A DNA stretch of 64,000 bases from Macrostomum hystrix (lineage: Eukaryota; Animalia; Platyhelminthes): the NCBI GenBank assembly GCA_950097015.1, contig CATNEN010000038.1:9734001-9798000 (forward strand). The letters run 5' to 3'. The notes under the pieces are model-generated. The model had not been told where the DNA came from and did no database searches. It was given only the letters and a program-made list of their open reading frames with translations. The translations under genes were made by a program, and so were the position numbers. This document shows, one piece after another, positions 61,601 to 64,000 of this stretch (positions are counted from its first letter, which is position 1; each line of letters opens with the position of its first letter).

Positions 61601-63951
61601 GTAGGACCAGGCGTGCTGGAAGTACTCTTCGAGGCGCTGCCGCAGCGGGTTGGGGATCTGGTGGAAGCGGATGAACTCTCGCACCCGCAGCATCTGGGTG
61701 TGGTAGCGGGCCGTGCCGCTGTACAACCGCTGGATGATCGCCGAGACGTTGCCGAAGATGCTGGCGTACATCAGGCTGCCGATGAGCATCACGCAGATGC
61801 TGAACACCTTCTCCATGTTGGTGGTTGGAGCCACGTTGCCGAAGCCGACGGAGGTCAGGCTGGAGAAGGTGAAGTACAGAGCCGTGATGTACTTCGACTT
61901 GATGGATGGCCCCGAGCTGCTGTCGTTGAGCCTGTAGTGCTGCTGAGTCTGCGAACCAGTTCGAATAAAATCAGGGGCGTAATGAAACCCTGATTGAGAT
62001 GCCATCACGAGAAACCTATCTGTGAAGCCTCAGTCACTCCAACTTGAAGCCTCAGTCACTCCAACTTGAAGCCTCAGTCACTCCAACTTGAAGCCTCAGT
62101 CACTCCAACTTGAAGCCTCAGTCACTCCAACTTGAAGCCTCAGTCACTCCAACTTGAAGCCTCAGTCACTCCAACTTGAAGCCACAGTCACTACAACCTG
62201 AAGCTTCAGTCACTCCAACTTGAAGCCTCAGTCACTCCAACTTGGAGCCTCAGTCACTCCAACTTGAGGCTTCAGTCACTCCAACTTGAAGCTTCAGTCA
62301 CTCCAACTTGAAGCCTCAGTCACTCCAACTTGGAGCCTCAGTCACTCCAACTTGAAGCCTCAGTCACTCCAACCTGAAGCTTCAGTCACTCCAACTTGAA
62401 GCCTCAGTCACTCCAACTTGGAGCCTCAGTCACTCCAACTTGAAGCCACAGTCACTCCAACCTGAAGCTTCAGTCACTCCAACCTGAAGCTTCAGTCACT
62501 CCAACTTGAAGCTTCAGTCACTCCAACTTGAAGCCTCAGTCACTCCAACTTGAAGCCTCAGTCACTCCAACTTGAAGCCTCAGTCACTCCAACTTGAAGC
62601 CACAGTCACTACAACCTGAAGCTTCAGTCACTCCAACTTGAAGCCTCAGTCACTCCAACTTGGAGCCTCAGTCACTCCAACTTGAGGCTTCAGTCACTCC
62701 AACTTGAAGCTTCAGTCACTCCAACTTGAAGCCTCAGTCACTCCAACTTGGAGCCTCAGTCACTCCAACTTGAAGCCTCAGTCACTCCAACCTGAAGCTT
62801 CAGTCACTCCAACTTGAAGCCTCAGTCACTCCAACTTGGAGCCTCAGTCACTCCAACTTGAGGCTTCAGTCACTCCAACTTGAAGCTTCAGTCACTCCAA
62901 CTTGAAGCCTCAGTCACTCCAACTTGGAGCCTCAGTCACTCCAACTTGAAGCCTCAGTCACTCCAACCTGAAGCTTCAGTCACTCCAACTTGAAGCCTCA
63001 GTCACTCCAACTTGGAGCCTCAGTCACTCCAACTTGAAGCCACAGTCACTCCAACCTGAAGCTTCAGTCACTCCAACCTGAAGCTTCAGTCACTCCAACT
63101 TGAAGCTTCAGTCACTCCAACTTGAAGCCTCAGTCACTCCAACTTGAAGCCTCAGTCACTCCAACTTGAAGCCTCAGTCACTCCAACTTGGAGCCTCAGT
63201 CACTCCAACCTGAAGCTTCAGTCACTCCAACTTGAAGCCTCAGTCACTCCAACTTGGAGCCTCAGTCACTCCAACCTGAAGCTTCAGTCACTCCAACTTG
63301 AAGCTTCAGTCACTCCAACTTGAAGCCTTAGTCACTCCAACCTGAAGCTTCAGTCACTCCAACCTGAAGCATCGGCCTCCATATCCGTGAAGCCAACCTT
63401 CTCTCACCTGATCAGCGAGCTGGTCCAGCCAGCCAATGCGCTGAGGCAGGGCCGGCCGCTCCAGGTTGCCGATAGCATACCAAACGCAGGCCAGCCAGTG
63501 GGCGATGAGTGCGAAGGTGGCCATGAGCACCATGAGCACAGCAGCGCCGTACTCCGAGTACTTGCCCAGCTTGCGAGCCACCCGCACAAGACGAAGCAGG
63601 CGGGCGGTTTTCAGCAGGCCAATCAGAGTGGTTGGCTGCGGGAGAATGGGATTCAGGTGACTGGAATGGAGGACAAAAGAGAGCGGAGAACTCAAATCAG
63701 GCCAGGTGAAGTCAGACCTCGTCAGTCTCCGAGCCCCAGAGCAGCAGATCGAAGGGGATGGCCGACACCACGTCGATGAGGAACCAGCCTTTAAAGTAGT
63801 GCACCGCAATGCGACCCGGGTGTGTCACCACTTCGTCATTTTTATTCACGTAGGTTGTGCGAAAATTAATGATTATGTCAATAATAAACATGATGTCAAT
63901 GATGATGTCGATGCCTGTGACGGGGTCGATGTTAAATTGGTACTGCTGCCT
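58604..63951 (-). CDS. KCNH2-like: ERG-subfamily (KCNH2/6/7, seizure-like) voltage-gated K+ channel, 3' part; 5' exons lie beyond the window
   Basis: Exons 63951-63718, 63635-63408, 61948-61371, 60529-60252, 59792-59311, 59220-59059, 58951-58604 (last three less certain). S4 [16 protein letters not shown], pore [11 protein letters not shown]-linker [44 protein letters not shown], tetramerisation coil [34 protein letters not shown]. Confidence 0.95.
60117..60195 (+). mobile_element. tRNA-like SINE head (family A) in a KCNH intron
   Basis: TAGCCTAATGGTTAGAGCG (A box) and GGTTCGATTCC (B box); the anticodon stem does not pair. Confidence 0.7.
60596..60800 (+). mobile_element. SINE-like repeat (family B)
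   Basis: Homologous to the reverse complement of 31380-31535. Confidence 0.72.
62024..63370. repeat. Intronic minisatellite, 22-bp unit GAAGCCTCAGTCACTCCAACTT
   Basis: About 61 copies filling KCNH intron 61949-63407. Confidence 0.97.
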
Positions 63952-64000
63952 CTGGAAGAGAGATTGGTTGGCAGGTAAGTGCCAGAATTATTTTAAAATT

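Overview
Eukaryotic (metazoan) genomic DNA with GC-rich exons, spliceosomal introns, AT-rich spacers and about 25 distinct minisatellite arrays. The style suggests a Macrostomum-like flatworm, which is an inference only. Recognisable genes are a KCTD8/12/16-type BTB protein (+), a 13-exon phosphorylase kinase alpha subunit (-), two tandem 5-exon glutamine synthetase paralogs (+), a 2-exon four-TM membrane protein (+), three unidentified genes and the 3' part of an ERG/KCNH K+ channel (-). Mobile DNA includes three RTE-like LINE copies and a very young non-autonomous LTR element (tRNA-Glu PBS, PPT, 5-bp TSD, non-TG/CA ends) nested in one of them. It also includes tRNA-derived SINEs and a hAT-like MITE nested in a SINE. 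Top observations: (1) two genes whose first visible exon has no ATG but starts in phase 0 at a splice acceptor, as expected if a spliced leader ending in AUG supplies the start codon; (2) intron-specific minisatellites that carry reiterated splice signals on the sense strand, including a 21-bp branch-point/AG|GT recursive-site-like unit; (3) a GC-AG intron; (4) a glutamine synthetase paralog with altered substrate-binding loops and gene-conversion tracts. All exon coordinates were derived by hand from reading frame and splice motifs.
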